NCBI GenBank assembly: GCA_965197475.1
Contig: CBDANF010000002.1
Location: 832,001 to 896,000 of the forward strand
Reading direction: 5' to 3'
DNA length: 64,000 nucleotides
Source of the DNA: Candidatus Poribacteria bacterium
GTDB taxonomy: Bacteria; Poribacteria; WGA-4E; WGA-3G
Shown here piece by piece: positions 41,088 to 51,300 of the stretch. Position 1 is the first letter of the stretch. Every line of letters starts with the position of its first letter. Below the pieces are notes generated by a model. It was not told where the DNA came from, did no database searches, and worked only from the letters and a program-made list of their open reading frames with translations. Position numbers and translations under genes: made by a program.

Positions 41088-42326
41088 TTATAGTTCTGCA
41101 CGCGTCATAAAGGTTGCGTAGATAGCAGAAGTCCGTACCAGATCGGGAATATGCACGCGTTCATTTATAGCATGTCCGCCTTCACCGCGCGGTCCATATC
41201 CAATTCCCGGCAATCCTGTATTGACAAAATAGTGTAAATCCGTAAACCCAGCAGTACTCTTAAATTTCGGCTGATTGAAACGCACAGTACGCACTGCATC
41301 AGCAAAACCTTGCGCTAAAGGAGAATCGATATCTGTCAAGCACGGTTCAATTCGTAAGATGGCACGCACCTCAGCCTTCAAATCCGGATAGTACTCACAT
41401 GCCCCAGAGATTGCTTCTCGCAATTCAAGTTCTGCAAACTCAAGCTTTTCATTCGGTGTGACGCGCCGGTCAATTGAAAACGTGAGATGTGCAGGAACAG
41501 TGTTGATTTTATCCCCTTCAGTGCCGCAAAACGTTCCACCAATGTTCAATGTCGGATAACGTTCTGCGCTATCAGGTAGTTTAAATGCACGCTCCTCCGA
41601 TTTCAAATCCCGTTTAACCCGTTGCAATGCCGATACAAGTTCAGCTGTTTTCTCAAAGGCATTTATCCCCTTTTCTGGTTGAGACCCGTGTGCTGCTTTT
41701 CCCTGAACTTCAATTTCCAACCAAAGCACACCGTTATGTCCGTTACCGATGTTCATCTCCGAACCACCTTCACAGTTGACAACGTAGTCAGCGTTGACTA
41801 AACCCTTCTCTACAATATATCCTGCTCCCAACTGTCCACCAGTCTCTTCGTCGCAGGTGAACGAGCATTCAATGTTAAATAACGGTTCAACACCATTCTC
41901 TTGGACAACCTGAATTGCAAACAGAAGCGCAGCGATAGCATCCTTCATATCATCAGCACCGCGCCCGTAAAGCCATTCGCCTTCAATCTTTCCGCTGAAC
42001 GGATCGTTGAAACGCCACTCCCCCGCAACTGGCACGACATCGTAGTGGGCATTGAAATGTACCGTCTTTTCTGCACCAACATCCCAGCGTGCAATCAGGT
42101 TCAACCTTGGATGGCTTGATGCGTTTGAGATAACTTGTTCGGCACGTCGTTTTGGAATCTTAACGATTTTTGTCTTCATCCCCAACGCCTTGCACTTCGC
42201 TTCAAGCAGCGCAACAATCTCAGCATAATTTTCCCCCGGTGGATTTACAGTAGGAATTCTGACAAGTTCTTGTAGCAACCCACACAACGAAGCTTGATTA
42301 TCCTTAATATAGGTTTGTATTGACAT
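41088..42326 (-). CDS. M20 family metallopeptidase/deacylase (ArgE/DapE-like)
   Basis: 'NAHYDVVP', 'GRGADDMK', 'DEETGG', 'AHAINE'; RBS AAGGAG before ATG 42326. Confidence 0.9.
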   Translation of the reverse strand: MSIQTYIKDNQASLCGLLQELVRIPTVNPPGENYAEIVALLEAKCKALGMKTKIVKIPKRRAEQVISNASSHPRLNLIARWDVGAEKTVHFNAHYDVVPVAGEWRFNDPFSGKIEGEWLYGRGADDMKDAIAALLFAIQVVQENGVEPLFNIECSFTCDEETGGQLGAGYIVEKGLVNADYVVNCEGGSEMNIGNGHNGVLWLEIEVQGKAAHGSQPEKGINAFEKTAELVSALQRVKRDLKSEERAFKLPDSAERYPTLNIGGTFCGTEGDKINTVPAHLTFSIDRRVTPNEKLEFAELELREAISGACEYYPDLKAEVRAILRIEPCLTDIDSPLAQGFADAVRTVRFNQPKFKSTAGFTDLHYFVNTGLPGIGYGPRGEGGHAINERVHIPDLVRTSAIYATFMTRAEL

Positions 42327-42355
42327 ATTTAATGTCTCCTTTAGCGGTTCCATGT

Positions 42356-42769
42356 TTACGATACAACCGCTTGGTCACCTGCCGACAGGTGACCAACTGT
42401 TTCGCCGGTCTCCGTAAAGGTGCGGGTTACTTCAACAGAAGCATACGTCCACAAAATCTTCATGGGGGCATCGCTTTCATTCCAAAACCGGTGGGGGATA
42501 CCAGCCGGAACAAACGTTGTGTCGTAGGTATTCATTGTGAAGATTTCACCATCAACTTCACAAGCGGCTTTACCTTCAAGAATTGTCACAGATTCATCGC
42601 AGTTATGGTAATGGCGTGCGATCGCTGCGCCGGGTTCAAACATTGTAATGCCATTTGTGAGCGATGTAGAATCAAGCCATTTACCTGCTAACGGCACTGT
42701 TTGGACACCAGTGCCGCGGTCAATAGGATTCTGTTTGTCAAAATCAATTATATGTGCTTTTGTACTCAT
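42356..42769 (-). CDS. cupin domain protein
   Basis: 'HYHNCDESVTILEG...VPAGIPHRFWN'. Confidence 0.88.
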   Translation of the reverse strand: MSTKAHIIDFDKQNPIDRGTGVQTVPLAGKWLDSTSLTNGITMFEPGAAIARHYHNCDESVTILEGKAACEVDGEIFTMNTYDTTFVPAGIPHRFWNESDAPMKILWTYASVEVTRTFTETGETVGHLSAGDQAVVS

Positions 42770-42945
42770 TTTTTGTCAATCTCTCTCAGTTTGAATTTGT
42801 CATAGTTTCACACAAATACACAAAAATTTCAACAAGTAATTGGATGTTCGTGGATTCGTTCAATTGAGTTTGTTTCCAGAACTCTGGAGCGAAACATTCT
42901 TGCCGAAGATTTGTACAACCATGATTTATGAAAAGACTATATTTT

Positions 42946-44118
42946 TCACTCACAAGCCAGACGACACACATTTGCAAACCCGTCTATAGCCTGCTGTATC
43001 TCCCCATCTGTGTGTGTTGCCATCACGGTAACGCGTAGACGACTGGTCCCTGATGGCACTGCAGGTGGACGAATTGCGGGCGCGAACACACCCTCCGCAA
43101 GCAGTGCTTCAGCGACATCCGTTGCACGCTTTGGTTCGCCTAATACTACAGGCAAAATCTGTGTTTGGCTTGGCAAGAGGGTATAACCCAAATCCGTTAA
43201 TGCTGTTTTTAAGGTTTCTGCATGTTTTAGTAGACGTTTCCGCAAGTCTGGTGAAGAACGCATTACATTGAGTGCTGCGTCTGCTGCCGCTAACGTCGCC
43301 GGGGGAAGTCCTGTCGTGAAAATAAAGCCGCGCGCACGGTTGATAAGCAACGCAATCAACGCGCGACTCCCCGCGACATAACCTCCTAATCCGCCAATCG
43401 CTTTGCTGAGCGTGCCCATCTGAATAATATCTTCTCCTGCTAATCCGCAATGTGCCACGGTACCGCTTCCATCTTTACCCAATACACCAAATCCGTGTGC
43501 ATCATCTACCAGCAGCATCGCATCATACTCCGTGGCGACTTCGAAAATATCTCGTAGAGGCGCAATATCACCATCCATACTGAAAACACCGTCTGTCACA
43601 ACGAGTCTCCGTTTATAATTAGAAGACTCCGCTAATAGCGTCTTTAGGTGTTCCACATCGCAGTGTCGGTAGATCTTTTTGTCAGCACGACTGAGACGGC
43701 ATCCATCAATGATGCTTGCGTGATTGAGGGTATCGCTTAAAATAAGGTCACCTTCACCTGCAAGCACTGGAATGATGCTGATATTCGCAGCATAACCCGA
43801 GCTGAAGACAAGTGCAGCTTCGGTGCGTTTAGTTTTCGCGAGGTTAGTTTCTAAAGTCTTATAGAGTACACTATTTCCTGAAATCAGACGGGAACCGCTT
43901 GCACCTGTACCATAAACATAAGTTGCTGAAGCTGCTGCGGCAACAACCCTATGGTGTGTACTTAACCCCAAATAGTTGTTTGAGCCAAGGTTCACAACAT
44001 AGTGTCCATCAAGAATTATTACATCTATCGGTGGACTCATCACGGCGCGGAGGTGGCGTAGCAATCCTTCTTGTTCAAGCTCCTCGTATTCTGATTGCAG
44101 CCAGTCGTATTGATTCAT
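42946..44118 (-). CDS. bioF: 8-amino-7-oxononanoate synthase
   Basis: 'SNNYLGL', 'GSRLISG', 'NHASIIDG', 'DGVFSMDGD', 'DDAHG', 'GTLSKA', 'AIRPPAVP'. Confidence 0.88.
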   Translation of the reverse strand: MNQYDWLQSEYEELEQEGLLRHLRAVMSPPIDVIILDGHYVVNLGSNNYLGLSTHHRVVAAAASATYVYGTGASGSRLISGNSVLYKTLETNLAKTKRTEAALVFSSGYAANISIIPVLAGEGDLILSDTLNHASIIDGCRLSRADKKIYRHCDVEHLKTLLAESSNYKRRLVVTDGVFSMDGDIAPLRDIFEVATEYDAMLLVDDAHGFGVLGKDGSGTVAHCGLAGEDIIQMGTLSKAIGGLGGYVAGSRALIALLINRARGFIFTTGLPPATLAAADAALNVMRSSPDLRKRLLKHAETLKTALTDLGYTLLPSQTQILPVVLGEPKRATDVAEALLAEGVFAPAIRPPAVPSGTSRLRVTVMATHTDGEIQQAIDGFANVCRLACE

Positions 44119-44122
44119 TCTG

Positions 44123-45037
44123 CTACCCGACGAATTGTCTGAGGAAGATATGGCTCTGCCTCAAAGCACGTTGCCGTGTATCCAACGTCTTTTCATAAGC
44201 ACGATCCTCAACTTCAACGCAGACTGCCCCATCATAACCAGTGTCGTTCAGAGCAGAGAAAAAACTGCCCCAATTGACATCACCAAGTCCAGGCAGTTTT
44301 GGCGTGTGATATGCAAGGGGTGTTGCGAGGATTCCCACTTGATCAAGTCGTTCCGTATCTAATCGGACATCTTTTGCATGCACATGAAAAATGCGATCAG
44401 TGAAAGTGACAAGCGGTTTCAGGTAATCCATCTGAAGCCATATAAAATGAGACGGATCAAAGTTAAGTCCAAAATTCGGTGAAGGAATCTCTTCAAACAT
44501 CCGTTCCCAAATCGCAGGGGAATAGGCGAGATTTTGTCCGGCGGGCCATTCGTCTTCAGTGAAGAACATAGGGCAATTCTCAATACCGATACGGATACCG
44601 TTATCTTCAGCAAATTGGATTAGCGGTTTCCACACCTGTTTGAACCGTTGCCAATTGTCGTCTATAGTGCGTGTTTGGTCTCTGCCGATGAATGTGTTTA
44701 CGATGTCTACTGATAAACGTTTCGCTGCCAAAATCAGTTGTTTGAGATGTTCGCTATAGATATTCGCTTCTGTTTCATTAGGTGTCAACGGATTCGGATA
44801 GTAGCCTAAGCCGCTAATTGTTATCCCCGCATCCGACGCACATTTGAGAATTCGGTCTACTTCAGCATCCGAAAGTGACGCAACATCAACGTGTGTCACG
44901 CCTGCATAACGCCGTTCCGCTTTTCCCTTGGGCCAACACATCAATTCAACGCAATCGTATCCTGTGTCAGCAGCAAATTGGACAACTTCATCCAATGTCT
45001 GGTCAGGCAAAATTGCACTCACAAATCCGAGTTTCAT
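44123..45037 (-). CDS. sugar phosphate isomerase/epimerase (xylose-isomerase-like TIM barrel)
   Basis: 'ENCPM', 'FDPSH', 'HVHAKD', 'EVED'. Confidence 0.88.
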   Translation of the reverse strand: MKLGFVSAILPDQTLDEVVQFAADTGYDCVELMCWPKGKAERRYAGVTHVDVASLSDAEVDRILKCASDAGITISGLGYYPNPLTPNETEANIYSEHLKQLILAAKRLSVDIVNTFIGRDQTRTIDDNWQRFKQVWKPLIQFAEDNGIRIGIENCPMFFTEDEWPAGQNLAYSPAIWERMFEEIPSPNFGLNFDPSHFIWLQMDYLKPLVTFTDRIFHVHAKDVRLDTERLDQVGILATPLAYHTPKLPGLGDVNWGSFFSALNDTGYDGAVCVEVEDRAYEKTLDTRQRALRQSHIFLRQFVG

Positions 45038-45120
45038 ATATAACCTCCATATCGCTTTTCAGGCATTATACTACGTATCCTACAATTTTGCAGGTCTTTT
45101 GTACAACCTACCTCAAAATC

Positions 45121-45436
45121 ATTTGTAGGGCGAGGTCTCTGTGCCTCGCCACTTTTTGGGTAATACCCAATTACCGCGATTTGTCCTGTGAGGTCCCCGT
45201 GCCTCACACTGCTGACTTTATCAGAAGACTTCAAATCAAGCTAATTTGATATTATACCCAATTACCCCGATTTGTAGGGCGAGGTCTCTGTGCCTCGCCA
45301 CTTTTTGGGTAATACCCAATTACCGCGATTTGTCCTGTGAGGTCCCCGTGCCTCACACTGCTGACTTTATCAGAAGACTTCAAATCAAGCTAATTTGGTA
45401 TAAGAAGCAACGGTAGGCACAGAGACCTCACCCTAC
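45121..45436. repeat. 149-bp-period tandem duplication of REP plus IS630-type MITE units
   Basis: 45121-45248 repeats at 45270-45397; each unit has GTAGGGCGAGGTCTCTGTGCCTCGCC and an ~90-bp ATACCCAATTA...TAATTTG(G/A)TAT element; inverted REP arm GGCACAGAGACCTCACCCTAC ends 45436. Confidence 0.8.
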
Positions 45437-45579
45437 AATTAGAAGGGATAAGCTTTGGCAAAACCTTTACACTCTATACTTGACAGAGCTATTCAATTTT
45501 TCAAGTTTTCACTATATTTTAACCCAAGTTGCTACCTCCCAAGTTGCTACCTATTGAAATTCCAAAAGTTCTATCCTAA

Positions 45580-46934
45580 CTGATATTTATCAAAATTCTT
45601 CATATGTCAATGTTTATCAATGTTTTCTTGGTATTTGTTCATGAAAATGCTCGCTGAGATCAGACAGCATCTGCCTCTGTCCTGAAAGTTCAAGTTGTCC
45701 TTGATGAAAGGTTTTTCGCACGGAGCGACTGACCTGCTGTATCAAAAGGTAGCTCATCACTTTCACACCTAAGTTCACATACGCGCCATTCCGTCCTTTT
45801 AGGCTATGGATGCGAGGTTTAGGTCTGTTTTTAGATGCCGCCAATACTGTTCTATACCGTGGTGTTGAGACCATATCCGCAGGATTTCACAAGCACGGAG
45901 TGGTTTCCCGAATACGAGCATTGTTCGGACTTTGCCACGGTCTGCAAAGAACAACACCACTACTTTTCCAAAAGTTGGACTTGTGGCTTTAGTCCGATAG
46001 ACCGGTTTATCGCAACCCCATTGATTGGAGAGGAGTTGGATCGACTTTTTATGTTCCGAGAGTTTCGCCCTTTTTTCATCAATCGTCATCACATAGTTGC
46101 TTTTTCCGTGCACAAGGATCGTTTCAAATCCCATTTCTCGCAAGGTGTCAATCAAGTGGCGGCTGCCATACCACGCATCAAAGGTGACCGGATAGTTTCG
46201 GATATCTATTCCGGTCTCTTCAAAGAAGAACACCACTTCCTTGAACATAGTGATGACACAGGAGGGTTTATCCGTATTCCCGCGGCCTTGTTTGCTGATC
46301 AGTCGCATATTCAGGGGAATGATCCGTTTTCCAATCTTTAGGACGATCCCCAATATATTTTGCCCCTTCATCGGCTGTTTTGCTTGAGAAGACCACCAAT
46401 TGGATGTGTAGGCGAGACCCTCTCCATAGCGGAAAACAAAGGTATCATCCACACTGATGACGATACACAGACGCGATAGAGAAGCAGCACTTTTTGATAC
46501 TGCCTCCTGTAGCACCTCTAACGCAATAGAACACCCGATACGCACAAAAAGATGCTGCCAGAGATAAAGACTCATCGTGTTCAGTTCCCGATATAGCCTC
46601 GTTTTCGGAATAGACAACGCATCCGCCACTTGATCCGGGTTAGTGAGCCCAAACAGATGGCAGGTTGACAAAAACACTAAGGTATGAACAAAATGCTGTT
46701 TCAAGGTCCGAAACTGTGAAGATAGAAGTTCTTGAAAAAAAGTGGTAGATTTGATAAGCTGAGTTAGCATGAGATATCCTCCTAATGTTTGTTTATATTC
46801 AAATCTGTAATTAGGATGCTATCTCATGCTATAAAAGTCAAGGAAAATGGACACAGCAAAAACGCATTTTCATGGTGCTATACCTTGTTTCTATTGATTA
46901 TTATTAGGTTCAAGACCATTTTGAAAAATATCAG
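45580..46934 (-). mobile_element. insertion sequence, IS701/ISH3-like (IS4 superfamily DDE); family uncertain
   Basis: TIR CTGATATTTATCAAAAT / ATTTTGAAAAATATCAG; 5-bp TSD CCTAA (45575-45579, 46935-46939). Confidence 0.82.
45617..46770 (-). pseudogene. DDE transposase, frameshifted near 45806
   Basis: 'ISVDDT', 'VTFDAWY', 'W..HHGIEQYWRHLK'; the C-terminus continues in ORF 45617-45874 ('SLKGRNGAY...'). Confidence 0.8.
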
Positions 46935-47292
46935 CCTAATTAGAGTGTTCAATCTTCGCTCCAGCGGAGCGATATGTTTATAGAAAAAAGTTTGTACTTT
47001 CTTCCGCTCCAGCGGAGCGGTATGTCCATAATCTCGAGTCGTTATTATTTGAATGTTATACGTGAATAACGTTTTCCTTGTTTAGGTGGCAACTCGGGTT
47101 ATATTTTAGAGAGGATCGCGATTCGGAGATCGCTCGGACAGATGAGAGACTTGGGCATCAGGTGAGAACTACCAGACAATTGAATGGCTCTGCTATACTT
47201 GATTTTTGTTTCAAAATATAAAAATATATGATACAATTCACAACATAAGCGTAAAAGGAAGAAATTATGACTGACATTTCTCACAATTGTTC

Positions 47293-47383
47293 GGCTCATG
47301 TAAAAAATAAGTGCAAATGAAACTTTTTACCCCTATGACCATTGACTTCGTGAAAACAAACGCACACACATTTTACATGAGTG
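47293..47383. mobile_element. putative IS1595-derived mini-element
   Basis: GGCTCATGTAAAAAATAAGTGC matches an end of the IS at 10812-11797 (1 mismatch); the other end GCACACACATTTTACATGAGTG is degenerate; TSD not clean. Confidence 0.55.
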
Positions 47384-47471
47384 AAGTTTTTCTAATTCCT
47401 CTAAACCTAATAACATCAATACGAAATACCTATAAAAAACCCATTTAATGGACAATTTATTCTATTTTGTA

Positions 47472-47500
47472 TTGAAAATAAAGTGCTTTTTTCACATAAT
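47472..47500 (+). promoter_or_regulatory. putative sigma70 promoter of the PhyH-like operon
   Basis: TTGAAA, 17-bp spacer, CATAAT. Confidence 0.4.
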
Positions 47501-47598
47501 GGAGGTTTATCAATTAGTATTTTTTAGCATTTTCATAACCGCGTATTGAGAGACCATAGATAGATACTGATTTCTGAGTGCTTTTGAGAAATATCAGT

Positions 47599-48414
47599 AT
47601 GACTCCTAAACAACGATACCTATTTGATTTAACAGGATATCTTCACCTTGAAAATGTCCTCAGTGATGAAGAATTGCAAAAAACTCAGGATACTGTTGAA
47701 CGATGCGTCCAAATGTCTCATGATGAACTCCCACCGGGTATAAGTTATGGCGGTGGAGGTTATTCTAATGGATTTTCGTTCGACAAATCGCTTGAAGCAC
47801 TCACGCTTCATCCAAAAACGTGGGGTATTGTAAAGGAGTTGACCAGCAACAGACCCCGATTTAATCGCGGTACGCTGGCTGCAAAAAGTCCTGAGCATGA
47901 TCAGGTTATCGGCAAGCTGCATTGTGCCCGTGAAGATTGCGGATGGCAGACGCGACGCTATGCTGTCAAAAATGGACAAATTCACAACAACGACTTTGCC
48001 ATCTTTTTCTATTTCACCGATGTTTATCCCGGTGATGGCGGATTAGTTGTGTTGCCGGGTTCTCACAAAGCAGGTTTTGATCGACCTGAAGGCATCTTCT
48101 TTCCAGACCCAGAGAATCCTGCCGATGAACTCCATCCTGCACTCGTTAATGTTAATGCACGCGCAGGCGATGCTATTGTCATGTCTGAACTACTGACACA
48201 CGGTGTTCTCATCTGGAAACCGAAGGAACGGTATCGACGATTTCTCATCTTACGTTACAAAACGCAGTTTTTCCAAGATAGTAGGGGACGCAGAGACGCG
48301 TTTCCACCTGAGGTGATGGAGAGGCTTTCTCCTGAAACGCTTGAACTCGCGCAATCCGCATCTTATACGCATATCAAGGATATTGTTAAACAGGAACATG
48401 TCCAGTTAACCTAA
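47599..48414 (+). CDS. PhyH-like Fe(II)/2-oxoglutarate enzyme
   Basis: 'YLFDLTGYLHLENVL', 'FTDVYPGDGGLVVLPGSHK', 'AGDAIVMSELLTHG', 'RR'; first metal motif is HCA. Confidence 0.85.
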   Translation: MTPKQRYLFDLTGYLHLENVLSDEELQKTQDTVERCVQMSHDELPPGISYGGGGYSNGFSFDKSLEALTLHPKTWGIVKELTSNRPRFNRGTLAAKSPEHDQVIGKLHCAREDCGWQTRRYAVKNGQIHNNDFAIFFYFTDVYPGDGGLVVLPGSHKAGFDRPEGIFFPDPENPADELHPALVNVNARAGDAIVMSELLTHGVLIWKPKERYRRFLILRYKTQFFQDSRGRRDAFPPEVMERLSPETLELAQSASYTHIKDIVKQEHVQLT

Positions 48415-48427
48415 AAGGAACGGAGAG

Positions 48428-49273
48428 ATGACACCAGAACAACGCTATCTATTTGACGTTACAGGCTACCTACACATTAAAAATGCAGTTACAGGAGATG
48501 CACTGAAAGAGGCACAGGATGCTGTTGATAAGTATATCCACATGCTGCTTGACGAACGTCCAGAGGGTTTTACGACGCGTCCTCGCGATTTAGAACCCGG
48601 TAAAGGCGGTAGATATGAACACGGATTCGCGTTTGACCGATCGCTTGAGGCGATGACGGTGCATCCCGCTACCTGGTCCCTCATCAAAGAATTTACTTTT
48701 GATATGCCGAGATTTGTTACAGGGACGCTTACACTGGAGCAGCACAACCCTGACAGGCAACCGATGGGCATAAATCCGGCAGGTTTGCATTGCGCACGAG
48801 AAGGACGACACTGGCTCACCCGATATGAGATTAAGAATAATCACATCTACTGCAACGATTTTGTAGCATTCTTCTACTTGACAGACGTGCACCCCGGCGA
48901 TGGCGGACTCATTGTCATACCGGGTTCACATAAGAGCCAATTTGATCGACCTGAAGACCTACTGACACCGGGACCGGATGGTATTGACCCGGTTCCAGAC
49001 GATGTATTCACCAATATCACACCGAAAGCAGGTGATTTTGTCGTTATCTCTGAACTTTTGACACACGGTGTTTTGCAATGGAAACCGAAGGATCGGGATA
49101 GACGATTCCTTATTCTTAGGTATCGTCCGCAATATGAAGGTAAATCCGGACTGCCAGAAGCAATCCTCAATCGGTTGTCACCAGAGGTACAGGAACTGAT
49201 AAAACCCGCATCTTATGGACATATAAAGGAAATTGTCAAACAGGATGTTGTCCAATTAACGGCTTATACCTAA
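48428..49273 (+). CDS. PhyH-like Fe(II)/2-oxoglutarate enzyme (tandem paralog)
   Basis: 'YLFDVTGYLHI', 'LTDVHPGDGGLIVIPGSHK', 'ELLTHG'; first metal motif is HCA. Confidence 0.85.
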   Translation: MTPEQRYLFDVTGYLHIKNAVTGDALKEAQDAVDKYIHMLLDERPEGFTTRPRDLEPGKGGRYEHGFAFDRSLEAMTVHPATWSLIKEFTFDMPRFVTGTLTLEQHNPDRQPMGINPAGLHCAREGRHWLTRYEIKNNHIYCNDFVAFFYLTDVHPGDGGLIVIPGSHKSQFDRPEDLLTPGPDGIDPVPDDVFTNITPKAGDFVVISELLTHGVLQWKPKDRDRRFLILRYRPQYEGKSGLPEAILNRLSPEVQELIKPASYGHIKEIVKQDVVQLTAYT

Positions 49274-49356
49274 TTACCGCGATTTGTCCTGCGAGGTCCC
49301 CGTGCCTCGCAATGCTTGACTTTATCAGAAAACTTTGAATCAAGTTAATGTAGTAT
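49266..49356. mobile_element. third copy of the ~90-bp IS630-type MITE, supplying the stop codon of the second PhyH gene
   Basis: ATACCTAATTACCGCGATTTGTCCTGCGAGGTCCCCGTGCCTCGC...TAATGTAGTAT closely matches 45163-45252. Confidence 0.7.
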
Positions 49357-49403
49357 TAGTGGAAATATTGAGCATCCAAAGCGAAATTTGATGGAGGGAT
49401 CCA

Positions 49404-50447
49404 ATGGAAACAAGGCAATACCGCGCCTGTCTTATTGGCTGTGGACGGATGGGTGGCACAATTGATGAAGAAGTTCAAGGAACACCGCACGGTGCGCTAC
49501 CGTATTCACATGCTGCTGGCTATACCGCATTTGAACGAACAGATCTTGTTGCCGCCGCAGATGTGATCGAAGAAAAGGCACAGTACGTTTGTGACAAATG
49601 GGACATTCCGAAGTATTATCTTGACTATCAAGAGATGATAGCGCAAGAGGAACCGGATATTATCAGCATCGCCACGCGTCCGGGTAACCACGCTGACATT
49701 ACACAATTTGCTGCAGAAAACGGCGTCAAAGGCATCTATTGCGATAAACCGCTTTGTGCCTCTATGGAAGAAGCGGATGCTATGCTTGCGGTTTGCGAGA
49801 AATATAACATCAAATTCAATCTCGGCACGCAGCGGCGGTTTACACCGGGCTACATCAAGATGCGCGAAATCCTTGAGAGTGGAGAATTAGGTGAACGACG
49901 TTCTATCATCGCTTATACGGGTGGTTCCGCTTTATGGGGCTACACACACGCCGCCGACCTAATCCTCTTTTTGGCAAGCGATTCACCGATAGAATACGTC
50001 CAAGGCAACGTCGCTGTTGATGATGCCGACTTTGAGGATAACCGCACCGAATCAGATCCAGGAATTGTAATGGGATACATCCGTTTTCAAAATGGCATCA
50101 ACGGGATAAGCGTTCCCGGCACCGCTTACGAATTTGAAGTGAATTGTAGTGAAGGCACAGTCCGTTCCCTTAACAATGGTCTGGGTTTTCAACTTCGCAA
50201 ACGGCAGGGACAGTTTAATGAAATTTTAGACACACAATTTCCGCCTTTTGAACGGAAAAGCGGCACCGTGGGATGCATTGAAGACATCGTTGAAGCAATT
50301 GACACCGATACTGAGACACAAGGCAACATTCAACTCGCGCATCGTAGCACCGAAATGGTCTTCGCCATAGTAGACTCTCAGCGACAGAAGGGCATGCGGG
50401 TGCCGATGCCGATGGAAAATCGAGGACTCTACCTCGGAAGGTGGTGA
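49404..50447 (+). CDS. Gfo/Idh/MocA family oxidoreductase
   Basis: 'LIGCGRMG', 'PDIISIATRP..H', 'CDKP'. Confidence 0.88.
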   Translation: METRQYRACLIGCGRMGGTIDEEVQGTPHGALPYSHAAGYTAFERTDLVAAADVIEEKAQYVCDKWDIPKYYLDYQEMIAQEEPDIISIATRPGNHADITQFAAENGVKGIYCDKPLCASMEEADAMLAVCEKYNIKFNLGTQRRFTPGYIKMREILESGELGERRSIIAYTGGSALWGYTHAADLILFLASDSPIEYVQGNVAVDDADFEDNRTESDPGIVMGYIRFQNGINGISVPGTAYEFEVNCSEGTVRSLNNGLGFQLRKRQGQFNEILDTQFPPFERKSGTVGCIEDIVEAIDTDTETQGNIQLAHRSTEMVFAIVDSQRQKGMRVPMPMENRGLYLGRW

Positions 50448-51265
50448 AACCGATGATTAGAAAAATCCAAAATATTTGTAGGAGGGGTTTGAAACCCAGA
50501 AAAACCGCGAAAATTTTTGCAGGCATCGTTGTTAGCATGCTGCTTTTGTTGATCTATGCAACAACTTCACCGAAAGGCGAATCGCAAACAGAAACTGATC
50601 CGACACGACCCGCGAGCACACGCTACGAAGAACGTGCCTCCAGTCGAGATGGTATCGGCAAATTTTACATGGGACGCGAAATATCGCAGGTAATGGGACA
50701 TCTCGCTGCGGGATGGTTAGAACGTCCAGAACGTGAACGCGAAGAGATGCCGAATACCCTCATCAAATTGCTAAAACTAAAAGAGGGTGATGTTGTCGCG
50801 GATATTGGGATCGGGACAGGTTATATTGCTCGACGTATCTCACCTGTAATCGGCAAAACAGGCACTATCTACGGCGTTGAAATCCAGCAGGAAATGCTTG
50901 ACATCCTTGCCGAGAAGATGGCGGAAGAAGGTATTACCAATATAAAAGGGGTCCTAGGCACTATTACCGATCCGAAACTGCCACCGAATTCGGTTGACCT
51001 CGCCATTATGGTGGATGTTTACCATGAATTTTCGCATCCGTATGAGATGATGCAGAATATTTGCAGTGCCCTTAAAGTGGGCGGTAGGGTGGCGTTTGTA
51101 GAATACCGTTTGGAAGATGACAATGTGCCAATTAAACGTTTGCACAAGATGAGCGAATTGCAGGTGATTAAGGAGGCGACACCTCACCCGTTGTCTTGGG
51201 TAGAGACGCTTCATGACCTGCCCTGGCAGCATATTATCATTTTTGAGAAGGTTGCAACAGAATAG
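50441..51265 (+). CDS. class I SAM-dependent methyltransferase, membrane-anchored or secreted
   Basis: 'DGIGKFYMGREISQVMGH', 'VADIGIGTG', 'VDVYHEF'; N-terminal hydrophobic segment; start uncertain. Confidence 0.85.
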   Translation: MVKPMIRKIQNICRRGLKPRKTAKIFAGIVVSMLLLLIYATTSPKGESQTETDPTRPASTRYEERASSRDGIGKFYMGREISQVMGHLAAGWLERPEREREEMPNTLIKLLKLKEGDVVADIGIGTGYIARRISPVIGKTGTIYGVEIQQEMLDILAEKMAEEGITNIKGVLGTITDPKLPPNSVDLAIMVDVYHEFSHPYEMMQNICSALKVGGRVAFVEYRLEDDNVPIKRLHKMSELQVIKEATPHPLSWVETLHDLPWQHIIIFEKVATE

Positions 51266-51300
51266 AAAGTTAGGACTTGTTCATAGAAGGGAAGCAACTC

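Larger units (their letters stand above)
45522..47099. mobile_element. MITE (~220 bp when empty) containing a nested IS
   Basis: TIR ACCCAAGTTGCTACCT / AGGTGGCAACTCGGGT; 9-bp TSD TATATTTTA (45513-45521, 47100-47108); two CGCTCCAGCGGAGCG hairpins inside. Confidence 0.8.

Noticed and set aside
45121-45401. Possible CRISPR array
   Set aside because: Only two long identical units with no unique spacers, and no cas genes; explained by REP/MITE duplication.
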